Positions 1 to 13,339 of a stretch of 64,000 nt of DNA are shown here, in pieces. Both the position numbers and the translations under genes were made by a program. Location of the stretch: the NCBI GenBank assembly GCA_002269645.1, contig NIVC01002525.1, positions 100,409 to 164,408 on the forward strand. The letters run 5' to 3'. The DNA is from Macrostomum lignano. Lineage: Eukaryota. Every line of letters starts with the position of its first letter. Positions within the stretch are counted from its first letter, which is position 1. The notes under the pieces were generated by a model, which did not search any database, was not told where the DNA came from, and saw nothing but the letters and a program-made list of their open reading frames with translations.

Positions 1-449
1 AGTCAAATACAGGAAAATTTGACACCCGTAGTATGAAGATGTAATCTTCACGAAAGCTTCACATGTTTATCTTTCTCTGGGGAAATGACGATAGTTTCTC
101 AATAAAACTCTGTCATAGGCCCAATATAGCAGTTTAAATATTTTCACGAAAATGTCGCATTATTCAAAGAACTGATTGAACTGAGTCACTTTTCTCGGTG
201 GGTGCAGAAGGAGAGAGAGAGGTCTGGGAGGGACAGTTTAAATGTCAATCGAAATCAACGGGCCGCTTCGCCGACTGTATATGTTAAAATTATTATAGCT
301 AGGTTTATAGCAAACTGTACGTTTTAACCCAATATTCAAGAATAATCCCTTCCCTGACTTCTTGAGGGGTATTCCACGTACCAAATACATACATTTGAAT
401 GATGAAACAGCATTTTTGACGATTAAGTTGTAAAAATTATGGTTTCTGC

Positions 450-1660
450 TGATGAAGTGATTAATTTTGTTCAATAAAGTCAGCATTTTAACGTTAAAAA
501 GAGTAAAAACTGTGAAAATTGACCTTTTTAAAACGAAAATGTGCAATTTCTAGTAATTTAGCTTTCAATGAAAATGTCTTGGGTGGAATTCCAACTTGGG
601 CCGGGGTGTGCATATGGAGATCAGTGTGTGACTCATTCCTGCTCGAAAGCTGTCTCTTGCCAACTTTGAAATCAGCATTTGGACAAATTAGCGGTTGAAA
701 TTATGGCTTTTGGGATGAAACTACTAAGTTTGATCAATTCGCATTTCGCATTTTAACGTTAGAAAATAATAAAACTGTGAAATTTGGCCTTTATTAAACG
801 AAAGAATGAGAAATTCTAAGAATTAGCTTTAAAAAACTATGGCTTTAGTGGAAATTGGACTGGCTCGGGTAATCCGTGTGCGATTATAATTCCTGCTCAA
901 AGCTGTCTCAGAGTTCCAGAAGTAGCATTTGTGATAATTTTGTGTTAAAATTGTGGTTTTTAGTGATGAAACTACTGATTTTGATCAATAAAGTCTGCAT
1001 TTTAACGTAAAAAATGCGTAAAAACTGTGAAAATTTGCATTTCTTAGGAAAAAATGCTCATTTCTAGCAATTTAAGCTTCAATAGCCATGTCTTTGGATG
1101 ATTTTGGGCTAGCTTGTGTATGTTCGTGGGGGGTTCATTTCTGCTTAAACGCTGTCTAAGGTCAAGTTGAAAGCGATATTTGGACAAATTAGTTGTTGAA
1201 AGTATAGTTTCTAGTGATGAAACTACTGATTTTGATCAATAAAGTCTGCATTTTAACGTAAAAAATGCATAAAAACTGTGAAAATTTTTATTTTCTTATG
1301 AAAAAACTGCGCATTTCTAGCAATTTAGGCTTCAATAGCCATGTCTTTGGCTGATTTTGGGCTGGCTTGTGGATGTTTGTGTGGGGTTCATTCCTGCTTA
1401 AAAGCTGTCTAAGGTCAAGTTGAAAGCGACATTTGGACAAATTAGCTGTTGAAAGTATGGTTTCTAGTGATGAAACCACTGATTTTGATCAACAAAGTCT
1501 GCATTTTAAGGTTAAAATCGTAAAAAAAACTGTGAAAAGCTGCATTTTAATGAAAAAAATGTGCATTTCTAGTCATTTAGCTTTCAAAATAACCAAATTT
1601 CTTGTTTGAAATTCCAACTTTACTTTGTGTGGAGAGGTCAGTGCATGATTCATTCCTGCT
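450..1660. repeat. Diverged ~250-bp tandem repeat, about 5 copies
   Basis: The motif GATGAAACTACTGATTTTGATCAATAAAGTCTGCATTTTAACG...AAAACTGTGAAAATT recurs near 450, 715, 965, 1217 and 1469. Confidence 0.85.
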
Positions 1661-3168
1661 TCTAACAGATTAAACCGTCTCAAAGACCAAGTCTGAAAGC
1701 TTGAAGTGAGAAGGCTGGGGAGGTGGAGAGGCAGAATTGAATAGCCTCACGTATTTAAATTTGTGGACTTCACTACTTCTAGTAAACGCAAGGGTGACTT
1801 ATACTATTTACAAATTTCAGAATCAAGTAAATCAGAATTGCATGCGGTGGAGACACTGATTCATAGGCTGTGTACATTTACAAATGCAGCTGGGGTTTGT
1901 CAATGCAGGTAGAGGTTGGCGGACTCGGATTTGCTCAGATTCGTGGGGTTGATGTGTGCATTAAAAGTTGGTTTCTTGCTATCTGGGGCGGCATGGATGA
2001 CGTAATCGGAGAAGAGAGGGGTTTTGCTGAATGAAGTTTAATATAGGGTCTGTGCTGTGGAAAGATCTGTCTGTACACTGAAAATGGAGAGAGGGTCGAA
2101 ATTCCTTGGCATTTAGAAGGGGGACAGAGAGAACAGGGGCGAGTGTTAAAATTTAGCTCGATTTTGCTATGGGGTCTGCGCTGTGAAGACGAGTCTGGTG
2201 AACATCGGAGGGGTGGCTGTTTTCGAACACGGTTGAATTTGACTATGGTCCGAGTTAAAGGGTGATTCAACATTCAGTATAGGAGCTTCGAGGGGATGGT
2301 TTACTGTAATTAAAGCGCGACGAAGCTTCTTGTATCATACCCACTGTCAATAGAAATATAAAGCACTGCTTCAACAGTCTTGTATTTGGGGGGCAGACTT
2401 GGGAGAGACTTGGATGACGCAACCTCCACCCCATCGCTTGGCGAGAGTTTGTACAGGCCCGCCTCTATATGAAAGTATGTGTATTTTATAAGTGATTTCG
2501 AATAAATTATCAGCATATTCAAATCTACATTCTCCGAGGGTGAAAATGTACATAACCTAATTTTTGGGGTATGTAGCGGATATGAGTATAGAGGCTATCG
2601 ATGTACATATAGACTCCGACCAGTATTATTCAAATCTGTCTCTGAGAATGTACATTGGAAATATACATTACGATGTGAGCTATACAATTAGTTGACTCAT
2701 TTGGATGAGATTGTACAACTGCAGTAGGGTTTCGAGTTGTAATTTTGGTGCGCGCGCGCTGGCCGTCTGGGGATGACACTGTACATGTGGATTAATGCAC
2801 ATACTGCGTACATATAGAATTGGGTATAGACATGGACAATTTGGGATAGATAGGGATTAATGTACATGGAATTAATGTACATATATGAGCACATGGATTC
2901 TTACAACTACATATTGCCATATATCACGCTTAGGATAGCGTTTTCGTATACTACTTACTTCATTTTCAGATAGTAGTATAATTTGCGTTTTTTGCGTCAA
3001 ATCTGCCTAAAAACCCAGCACTTTCTGCACGATACGTAGTCTGGTACCTTCGCTACCCATTTAACATTTTTATCGAAGCATGAATGGTAAATGGTAGTAA
3101 AAATCTACTTGTAGAAAGCATTTCTTGAGATGTTTGCTGTTGACACGGAGTCCTGCTAATCGATATGG

Positions 3169-3378
3169 CAACTCAGCTACCCACGCTCAGCCCGCGCCTT
3201 GCACGTGGGAGATCAGACTCCGCTTGGGCCAGGCGCGCCCACTCTGACTGACACTTTTCTCATCACTGACTTGTACCCCTCAGTCTGCAGCTAGGCTGGT
3301 CTTGCAGCTGTTTTTCACCAGCGGGTGCTTCGCTGACCTCTGCGCCAGCGCGGTCTGTTTAATAATAATAATAATAAA
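3169..3378 (+). mobile_element. Possible tRNA-Ala-like SINE relic with (AAT)n tail
   Basis: GCGCCTTGCACGTGGGAGATC resembles a tRNA-Ala(TGC) anticodon arm and (AAT)5 follows at ~3361. A and B boxes are non-canonical and no TSD was found. Confidence 0.3.
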
Positions 3379-6112
3379 TGGGACCATTGCTTGAAACTTT
3401 GCATTTATAATTTGGGCCAAATTACGCTTATCTTATTGTTCTTAAAATCAACGGTTAAGGGCAGTCCGGGCGTATAGTTTAGTTCATTAATCTCAAACTC
3501 GTATCTTTTGCTTGTTTTTACATTGTGTACATAAAACTTAGAAATATTAATATTATGTACATAAGCTAGTGAGAGAGTAAAATGCTGTTGGTGGTCTGTA
3601 AGGAAGTTATTTTGAGGTATGAAATCATACATGCAATAATCATCGGACACAATCGTCTTTATATATTTTTCTAACAGCGTCTAATGTGTCTTTGCTTACA
3701 TGGTTTTGTTTTGATGAGTAAGTTTCAGAACCGTATTTAAATGGTTTCTTGGAAAATTTACCCAAAATGCACCCGACTATGAGGCTCTTCACGGCAATCG
3801 ATTCCAGAACCAGAATCGGTTCGGATTTCCAAGAAAAAAAGCAGTATAACTTTTAAACTTTGTTGAATGTTTGACTGCCTTAACAGCCTCACTCTGCACA
3901 ATTTTTCACTTTCTTCTTGGCTATTGCCATCCAATAATCACAATTTTAAAGCACTAATCACCGGAAAGCTAGGGGCCTAGGTATAGCCTGTTGAGTGTTG
4001 GCAATATTACAAAATACTAAAATAGGCCTACTATTTTTTAATTAGGACTTATTAATATTTGCTTTCAAAGCATTTTTCTAAATTCTAGTAAATTGATTTT
4101 CAATTTTTATCATAACAATTGTTAATTATAGGCCTAGCTTTGGTTAGGCAGCTAGGTCTAGGCCTAGCTTGGGGCATAGGCCTAGGCCTAGGCCACCTAG
4201 CTTGGGGCTCAGGCTTACTATTTTTTATTAATTTCTGTTGGTGCAAAGCATTGGCCATTCCATTGTCCTAATCCTAACCTAAATATTAATAATTTATAGT
4301 ATTGAGTCACTTATCTATGAAAGATGTTTCATTTAAAACAAAATTTTTTGCATAAATAGGAAAAGAAAGAGAGTGAGACTTGAATAATTGTGTGCTAGGG
4401 TATTGTATATTTATATTTATGTTAAGCCTAATAGAACATTCCAGAATCCAGAAAGATTGAAAAGTTTATTTTCAAGTATTATAGTTTTTAAGCTTGTAGG
4501 CCTAATAAAGCATTTACACAAATGTTTAGGCTTAAGCATATTGATTTTCTGCAATAAATATTATAAGCAAGAAAGATAAATAATAAACCAAATTGTCTAC
4601 TAAAATTAAAAAGGTCTTTTATGCAATTTATTGTTTATTGTTTCAATGCAAAAAAGTTCATTTATTGTTGCAATATTGGCCTAGATTTGAAAGTATAGTA
4701 TTTTTTGGCATGCAATTGTAACTATTCAATTTTTGTTTTAGTATGCATTTAACAATCTAGACCATGGATATGAATATATTTGCATAGTAATAAACAAATG
4801 TTTTCATATGGTATTCTAGCTCTAAAGTTAGGACTAGGCCTATATATTAGGAACTAGCAAAAACTGTGCATGTTTTTATTTTTTGAAGTTTTATATCTTA
4901 GCATATACTGCTTCTAAACTGACTAAACTATAGAAATTGTAGAAAATTATAGTAAATTATAAAAAAAAGAGCTATATAGTTACTATGTTTTGGGCAATGT
5001 TAGACTTGGGTATCAAAATATTTATTACTAATTTTATATTTAGGAATGTGCAAACTTTTTGTATAGTATAGCTAGGTTCAGTTTAGTCCTTGAAGTTGTT
5101 TAGATTTAGTAAATTTAGATTGTCTTTTAAGGTTTAGAATTTGGAAGTGAATAAAAGTATTTATTAACTTTACCTATATATTGCCCTCAATTCTACATTA
5201 TTAAATTAAGCATATGATTAGGTAAATATAATACATAGTTACTCTTGCCTGGCACATGACCAAGATAGCCATATACCAAGATGGCCATAGATCTAAATGT
5301 TCAAATATATAATAATAAGCCTAAGTCTATATATTTCACTCATTTCCTAGTGATAGTAATTAGGGAGATTACTATAACCTAAGGATGCTATGGATGCTAT
5401 AGATGCTACTAAAGAGATGCTATAATGGAATTGTATTATATAATCATTCCCTTTGGCTTTAGCTTTTATTGTAGCCTAACCTATATATATTCATCCACTA
5501 TATAAAGCAATTAGCTAATTAGCTAATAATTAGCTAATAATAAGCTAGTATATGGTAATATAAGCTAATATAAGCTAATATTAGCTCAAATTTTATTAAG
5601 AGTGACAGCATCTTAGATCTAAAAAATTTTCTCTTTGATTTTTCTTGCAATTTAGTATAGAAAAAAGCTTTCCCTTTTTGGATTTCAAAAAATATTTTGA
5701 TTTTTGTATTTTAAATGGTAAAAGCATTTTGATAAACTGAGAATTCCATGAGTCACAGAAATTTCTTCCTAACATGTTTGCTCTATATACTGTCACTATT
5801 GTATCTTAGAGATTTAAATGTTTAAAGCCAGAAAGCATGATAAGTAATAGCAAGCTTTATAGCCTAAGATATCAGATATCTATTGTAATATCTCTCTTTG
5901 AACTTTGGCATCTCAGCAACTTATTACTTTAGTTTGCAACAATATTGGCTATATATTTTTTTATTAACAGTTTTGATGCTCTGCGAGTTTCCCAATGTTA
6001 AGTTCTTAGTTGCAAATGTACTTTAATTATCAAAGATCTATACATAAAGATGTATTGTTTCATTTGATTTTTCAGCCAATATTTCCTGTTGGCAGCCACT
6101 AAACCAGTGGCA

Positions 6113-9100
6113 ATGCCAGCCCAAGTGGTGGCCATATTATTTATAATTAGTGTATTAGTAGCGACTAGTCTGACTGCGGCTTCAACTAAAAGTACATCTG
6201 GTGCTGCGGTGGCTGCCAATAAATTGTCTTGCAATTTTGATGAGCGACACTGCTGCGACTTCACTATGCAGGGCTGGCGGGTGGCCTCCGAGGGCCAGAT
6301 GAGACTATTGTGTGCGGTGTCTGACACTAAGGCTGGGGAGTTAACTAACGAAGTGAGTAGCCATTTTGAAACCTATCAGAGTTTTACACCCTCTGAACAA
6401 GCACTGAGAATTGCCCTAAACAAGCAGTGAGAATCGCCCTAAACAAGCATTGAAAATCGCACTAAACAAGCCCTGACTATCGCTCTATACAAGCATTGAA
6501 AATCGCCCTAAACAAGCATTGAAAATCGCCCTAAACAAGCATTGAAAATCGCCCTAAACAAGCCCTGACTATCGCCCTAAACAAGCATTGAAAATCGCCC
6601 TAAACAAGCCCTGACTATCGCTCTATACTAGCATTGAAAATCGCCCTAAACAAGCCCTGACTATCGCTCTATATAAGCATTGAAAATCGCCCTAAACAAG
6701 CATTGAGAATCGCCCTAAACAAGCATTGAGAATCGCCCTAAACAAGCATTGAGAATCGCCCTAAACAAGCATTGAGAATCGCCCTAAACAAGCATTGAAA
6801 ATCGCCCTAAACAAGCATTGAGAATCGCCCTAAACAAGCATTGAGAATCGCCCTAAACAAGCATTGAAAATCGCCCTAAACAAGCATTGAGAATCGCCCT
6901 AAACAAGCATTGAGAATCGGTGTGTTGAATAGATCTGACAAGAGTTTCTCAATTGAGCCATCAATCAATTCATTCTCTCACGCGCCAGATAACAGTTGAA
7001 GGCTCGAGCAGTTTACACCTGTGTCTGCAAGTTCGCTATCGAATTAAAACTCAGCGACAGCAACAGCAGAATCCGCCATTGTCGCTGTCAATCAACGATC
7101 AGCAGGTGTGGTCAGTTGATTGGCCATCGTCTCTAGGCGGTCAGGATTCGTCTAGTTTTAATTCTTCTTTGTCACAAGCTTCACCTTCCTGGCAGATTTC
7201 GCACCTGTCAATTAGTTTGAGACCGTCATCGGCTACCAATGGCAGGCGTCGGCACACATTGTCGTTGCGAGGTTTCGATGGAGCCTGTCTAGACGCTTTG
7301 TCAGCTGATTCTAGCGGACGTTGTCCCATTACTAGGCAACCGTTGCTATGGTTACTATTGGATCAGAGGGTGTGGCTAGCAACCAGTTTGTGCCTTATGG
7401 GCCTGTGCTTAATTGTAGGCCTGGCCGCTTCTCTGCTGCTGTCTCGAAGGAAAGGATCCGGGACGAGGGTCCAAGGGCGCGGCGGGAACGGTGGCGACGT
7501 GAGTCTGGGGGACTGGGGCTGGCTGAGATGATTTTGAAAGTCATAGGTTGGTTTGAGATGATTTTTACATCTATAGATCGGTTTCAGATGATTTTGAAAT
7601 TCATAGGTTGGTTGAGATGATTTTGAAAGTCATAGGTTGGCTTGAGGTGATTTTGAAAGTCATAGGGTGGCTTGAGATTTTTTTGAAAGTCATAGGGTAG
7701 CTTGAGATGATTTTGAAAGTCATAGGGTAGCTTGAGATGATTTTGAAAGTCATAGGGTGGCTTGAGATGATTTTGAAAGTCATAGGGTGGCTTGAGATTA
7801 TTTTGAAAGTCATAGGTTTGCTTGAGATTATTTTGAAAGTCATAGGTTGGCTTGAGATGATTTTGAAAGTCATAGGTTTGCTTGAGATGATTTTGAAAGT
7901 CATAGGTTGGCTTGAGATGATTTTGAAAGTCATAGGGTGGCTTGAGATGATGTTGTTGTTGAAATAGGCTTATTACTTTGAGATGACTTTACGGTATGAA
8001 TTGTCTAACTTGGACAACAATAACGTTATTGTCTCGTACGTTGCAGCTATTTTTGTCGCAGCGTTGAAATGTTACAAGCTTGAAAATTGGACCGTTTAAA
8101 GAAATCTTTCGTGTGAAGTCATTAGCATGAGAATTTCCTATTTAATGTGATGATGCATCAAGAAGATTGAAAAATTCGAGATCTAGAAGTGCTGGAATTT
8201 TTTCACGCATTTATTGACTATTAACGATTCGGCCATGTGGGATGCGCAGAATGCGACCCCTCCCCAAGACTGGGCTTCTTAAAGTGCATTTGCCACAAAT
8301 TTCTAGTCCATATCCCTGCGCAGTTAGCTTTCGAATAATTTGTGGCTTTTTGTCTCGTACTATATAGTAAGGGGGTTGTAGCCTAGGGGTCAGAGCGTGG
8401 GACTCACGACTTGAAGGTCGGGGGTTCGATTCCCGATCCCACTGGAACAATTTGTGTCCTTAAGCAAGACACTTAACTCTGCATTGCTTCAGTTCACCCA
8501 GCTGTAAAATGGGTGCCAGCATTAGCTGGGGTAATTGAGGCTGTGTGTGGCGACCCCCCCCCCTCAGTCCTTGGACTGAACAGCCGTACGCAGCCTTCAG
8601 ATGCGCCATGCAATAGCTGCGGCTCAGCTGTCGGTTGCACATCTGCACATTATGACAGGTGTATTTAATTATTTATATTAGTTATTGTTGTTATACGGAT
8701 ATACGGTATGGTTGAACTCTGGTGTGATGAACTAACAGCATTTCATGCATCATTCCACGTTAATGATTAAACATATTACGACTCGTAAAACCTATGTAGG
8801 GATAAAATCAATCTTAACTCATTTCAAAATCATCCAGTCAGTTTCAACTCATTTCAAAATCATCCAGTCAGTTTCAACTCATTTCAAAATCATCCAATCA
8901 GTTTCAACTCATTTCAGAATCATTCAGTCAATCTAAACTCATTTCAAAATCATCAAGTCAGTTTCAACTCATTTCAAAATCATCCAGTCAATCTAAACTC
9001 ATTTCAAAATCATCCAGTCAGTTTCAACTCATTTCAAAATCATCCAGTCAATCTAAACTCATTTCAAAATCATCAAGTCAGTTTCAACTCATTTCAAAAT

Positions 9101-10762
9101 CATCCAATCAGTTTCAACTCATTTCAAAATCATCCAGTCAATCTAAACTCATTTCAAAATCATCCAGTCAGTTTCAACTCATTTCAAAATCATCCAGTCA
9201 ATCTAAACTCATTTCAAAATCATCCAGTCAGTTTCAACTCATTTCAAAATCATCCAATCAGTTTCAACTCATTTCAGAATCATTCAGTCAATCTAAACTC
9301 ATTTCAAAATCATCAAGTCAGTTTCAACTCATTTCAAAATCATCCAGTCAATCTAAACTCATTTCAAAATCATCCAGTCAGTTTCAACTCATTTCAAAAT
9401 CATTCAGTCAATCTAAACTCATTTCAAAATCATCAAGTCAGTTTCAACTCATTTCAAAATCATCCAGTCAATCTAAACTCATTTCAAAATCATCAAGTCA
9501 GTTTCAACTCATTTCAAAATCATCCAGTCAATCTAAACTCATTTCAAAATCATCCAGTCAGTTTCAACTCATTTCAAAATCATCCAGTCAATCTAAACTC
9601 ATTTCAAAATCATCAAGTCAGTTTCAACTCATTTCAAAATCATCCAGTCAATCTAAACTCATTTCAAAATCATCCAGTCAGTTTCAACTCATTTCAAAAT
9701 CATCCAGTCAATCTAAACTCATTTCAAAATCATCAAGTCAGTTTCAACTCATTTCAAAATCATCCAGTCAATCTAAACTCATTTCAAAATCATCCAGTCA
9801 GTTTCAACTCATTTCAAAATCATCCAGTCAATCTAAACTCATTTCAAAATCATCAAGTCAGTTTCAACTCATTTCAAAATCATCCAGTCAATCTAAACTC
9901 ATTTCAAAATCATCCAGTCAGTTTCAACTCATTTCAAAATCATCCAGTCAATCTAAACTCATTTCAAAATCATCAAGTCAGTTTCAACTCATTTCAAAAT
10001 CACCCTACAAGCGTGGCAACTCAACCCAGCCTATCTCAAGCCACTAAATTCCTATATAGAACTCATTCCCATTTTCCCACCACTCCACAGGCGGTCGTGG
10101 GTCCCCGAGTTCGCGCCCAACCAGTCCGCCTGTCGCAGGTGCTGCTGAGCTCTCCGGCGCCTCCTCTGCGCAGGCAGTCATCTCAGCTTCATCGCCAGCA
10201 TCCTTATCAGCAGCAGCAGCAGCAACAACAGCCGTTGCAGCAGCAGCAGAATTCTAACAGGCTCTCAGTTCATCTGCAGCACAATCGAACTCCATCAAAT
10301 GGTTCCGGCAATTTTCCTCTACCAGACACTGTCGCTTTCCGATCGGCTCGACCAATCAGCGTGCCGCCTGGCTGTACTTTTCTGCTCGGCTCCTCGATGA
10401 CGTCATCATCTACCCCGGCAGCCGCCACCGCTACTGTTGAACCTCTGGCCGAGGGTGTAGAATCTCCCGTAGCTGAAGTCAGCTTAACAATGGCCAGCAC
10501 TTTGCCTCGGCGGCCGCTGCCAGCTGTTGCCGCGGATTTTACAGAATCCAACACTGCTGCTACTAATAGTAGTAGGCCAGTATCGTCTACATTTGTTCCA
10601 GCCGGAGTTGGCGGATTTGGCTTCGTGCTTGGCACCGGAATTCGCCCGGTGTCGTCGTCAACGCCTGGTCGGTCGACTAATCTGGAGCCGGGTGCTGGTA
10701 CTACTAATAGTACTACTAATGATACTCATACTACTGATGATGCCAATGAAGGGGCTGGTTAG
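6113..10762 (+). CDS. Single-pass membrane protein with signal peptide, MAM-like ectodomain and disordered tail; exons 6113-6352, 6989-7498, 10091-10762 (473 aa)
   Basis: Hydrophobic N-terminus VVAILFIISVLVATSL. MAM-like motifs SCNFDERHC..W, CLQVRY, WQISHL and LDAL. TM segment VWLATSLCLMGLCLIVGLAASLLL followed by SRRK. GTGAGT donors and CAG acceptors are all phase 0. Confidence 0.75.
6397..6919. repeat. 23-bp minisatellite (GAAAATCGCCCTAAACAAGCATT) in MAM gene intron 1
   Basis: Direct tandem copies, with a variant unit CCCTGACTATCGCTCTAT. Confidence 0.95.
7519..7950. repeat. 30-bp minisatellite (GAGATGATTTTGAAAGTCATAGGTTGGCTT) at the 5' end of MAM intron 2
   Basis: About 14 tandem copies starting ~20 nt after the donor. 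Confidence 0.95.
8371..8690 (+). mobile_element. tRNA-derived SINE with CORE(MIR)-like central domain, copy 1
   Basis: A-box-like TAGCCTAGGGGTCAG, B box GGTTCGATTCC, CORE-like GCAAGACACTTAACTCT...CTGTAAAATGGG and a decayed AT-rich tail. A second copy lies at 53319-53626. Confidence 0.85.
8803..10003. repeat. 30-bp minisatellite (ACTCATTTCAAAATCATCCAGTCAGTTTCA) at the 3' end of MAM intron 2
   Basis: About 40 copies. Alternating GTTTCAACTC and ATCTAAACTC variants give a 60-bp higher-order unit. Confidence 0.95.
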
Positions 10763-11449
10763 CTTTATTAATCAAGATTGTAAGGAAATAATTGTTATTA
10801 CGGTTTTAAGCATCCTGAGCACATGCAAGTTTGCCAATACTGTACGAGCGTACAGTGTGTTACAGCGATTCTGACTTTCTAGTCGTCAGGCCATGTACAC
10901 TCTGTGCTTTGGGTTGAATTCCAGGTGTAACTGGAGATTAACTGGGATTTGTCATCTCTACCCAAAAATTTACACTGCTGAGTCTGTCTGACCCACAGAA
11001 GATGCATAAGTCTGTCGACTCCATGTTGATAGAGTTACTCAAATTTGACAATTGATCTGAAAGTGCTAAGAAGCTCCATAACTTAAAGAACTATTTGCTA
11101 TTACAAAAGAAATATAAACTATGGAAAATATGGAACAGATTCAATTCGATGTTCAGCTTAGGGAAAAAACAGGTAGTCAGTTTGGTATCTGGGTTGTCAA
11201 AAATTAAATTTGATGTTGTCATGACCAAGGATTACTGAAGTAGAAGGTGTCTAGGGAAAATTGTTATTGCTTTTGATAGAAGTCGGGACCTGGTGTCCAA
11301 GGTCTAAGGAACTCATTTACCAAGAAACGCAGTTTCCCGTCCTACTTGAGTAGTCTAGAGAGGTTTTTTAAATCAATCTATTATAAAAATGCAAATAGAA
11401 ATCTGTGTACCATTTGTCTAGAAGTTTGTATTTATCAATGTAGGTTTGC

Positions 11450-11828
11450 TACTGTCTAATACCTTGGTCTAATTAATCCACTGTGGCTACTGCCTAATAC
11501 CTTGGTCTAATTAATCCACTGTGGCTACTGCCTAATACCTTGGTCTAATTAATCCACTGTGGCTACTGCCTAATACCTTGGTCTAATTAATCCACTGTGG
11601 CTACTGCCTAATACCTTGGTCTAATTAATCCACTGTGGCTACTGCCTAATACCTTGGTCTAATTAATCCACTGTGGCTACTGTCTAATACCTTGGTCTAA
11701 TTAATCCACTGTGGCTACTGCCTAATACCTTGGTCTAATTAATCCACTGTGGCTACTGTCTAATACCTTGGTCTAATTAATCCACTGTGGCTACTGCCTA
11801 ATACCTTGGTCTAATTAATCCACTGTTT
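11450..11828. repeat. 38-bp minisatellite (CTAATACCTTGGTCTAATTAATCCACTGTGGCTACTGC)
   Basis: About 10 near-identical copies; period 38 (11461 to 11499). Confidence 0.95.
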
Positions 11829-12000
11829 CACCCTTGGCATAGCTAGACTATAATTCTCTTTTCCTATCCGACAATATAGAAAAGTACAGCAGTTTTTTTA
11901 GGCAAGCAGTTTATATCTGGGCTTGAAGTATGTTGTTTCTCCCTTCCCCAGATGCAGCTGTATCCACTGCAGCTGCATCGAGAGGGTTTTGTAGGCACAA

Positions 12001-12022
12001 CCCCCCCCCCCCCCCCCCCCCC
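12001..12022. repeat. Poly-C tract (C22)
   Basis: Read directly from the sequence. Confidence 0.95.
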
Positions 12023-13339
12023 AGATCCTAGCGGCTGATGCTGCCAGGTATAAAATTTCTGATTGTATTAATACAGAAGGTAAATGTATCTTTTATTTTT
12101 TAGCATTGTTTCTTTACATGTATTGTTCTTTTTCGCATGCGCTGTTTCTGAATCTGAAAATCTAGTTTTGGTTTAGTTGCTATGGGGCACATTTTGTGTC
12201 CAATCTGTTTCTTTGAATGGCAATATTCATTTTACCAAAAAGCTATTAAATGTTATTTTTTATAATTTAGTGCCTAACCGCTTAGCACTTAGCTACTAAT
12301 GCTATTGTCAGTAGGAATATTCGAATTTTCCTTTCTATTTAGCTTCAGTAGTTCGCTGAAATTGTTTTCTTATAATTCATTTTTTAATTGTTTTTTTATA
12401 AATTCAGGGACAAACTGTTTGTTTGCGTGCTACTACTAACTAGCAGTTTTGTTGCGAGTAGTATGTTTAGCGAATTTGGTGGGGATTTGACTTGATGTCT
12501 GTTTTTATTCTTCACCGGTGCCTATCGCAGTAATATGTTAACAAATTAATAACATTCTGCAGCGGCTTGCAAATTACTATATACTACTTATGCATAGGAA
12601 TAATTAGTAACATTACTGAAAATAAATTTAAAATTTATTGACATTTGCTCACCTGGAGACTTAATATTGCTTGCTTTACAAAAACCTTTGCCTGCGTTCA
12701 TATTACATTGTACATCTAATTCAGTGCTTTTGTATAGAAAGTGTTGTGTATTGTTAATTATTAATTTCAGTATTTAAATGTAAATTTTGACTTGAAAAAT
12801 TAAATCTCTTGTCATTGTATTCAATACCTATTGTTATTTGTTGTAATTCAATATTTGTAATCATTTCTAATAATAGCCTTGTTAGAAGTTCACTGCTCTA
12901 CTATTTATAGTAGCTTTCAAGCGTTTTATCTATGTTTTTTATATTAACAGAAGCTCTTAATTGCTGCCAATTTTATAAACCATATTTTTATTGTTTGCTT
13001 CCTAAAATATTATTTATTAACTGCTTCCTTTCCCTGTGTACGCTCTCAGTGCTGCGTATGCAATGATTACAATTGTTTAGTCAATAACAAATTTTTGTTT
13101 TCGGCTTGCTGCAATTCTAACTATTTCTTCTTACCTGGTCAATTTTTAATAAGTTTTTTTGTTACATTTTAGTAAGTATTTTTGCGCACCAGTTTGTAAA
13201 TTGGTACATATGATTAGAAATCAGTGGCCAGTCACTCAATAAAAACAAAAAGTATGTTTTATTTTATTTATGCTGCAATGAGTATGTTTTGTTGTATTTT
13301 ATTTTTAACATTGCCCTAGAAGTAGGCTATCTAGATTAT

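Noticed and set aside
8371-8445. tRNA gene (also at 53555-53626)
   Set aside because: The acceptor and anticodon stems do not close, and the tRNA-like part continues into a shared SINE body and tail.
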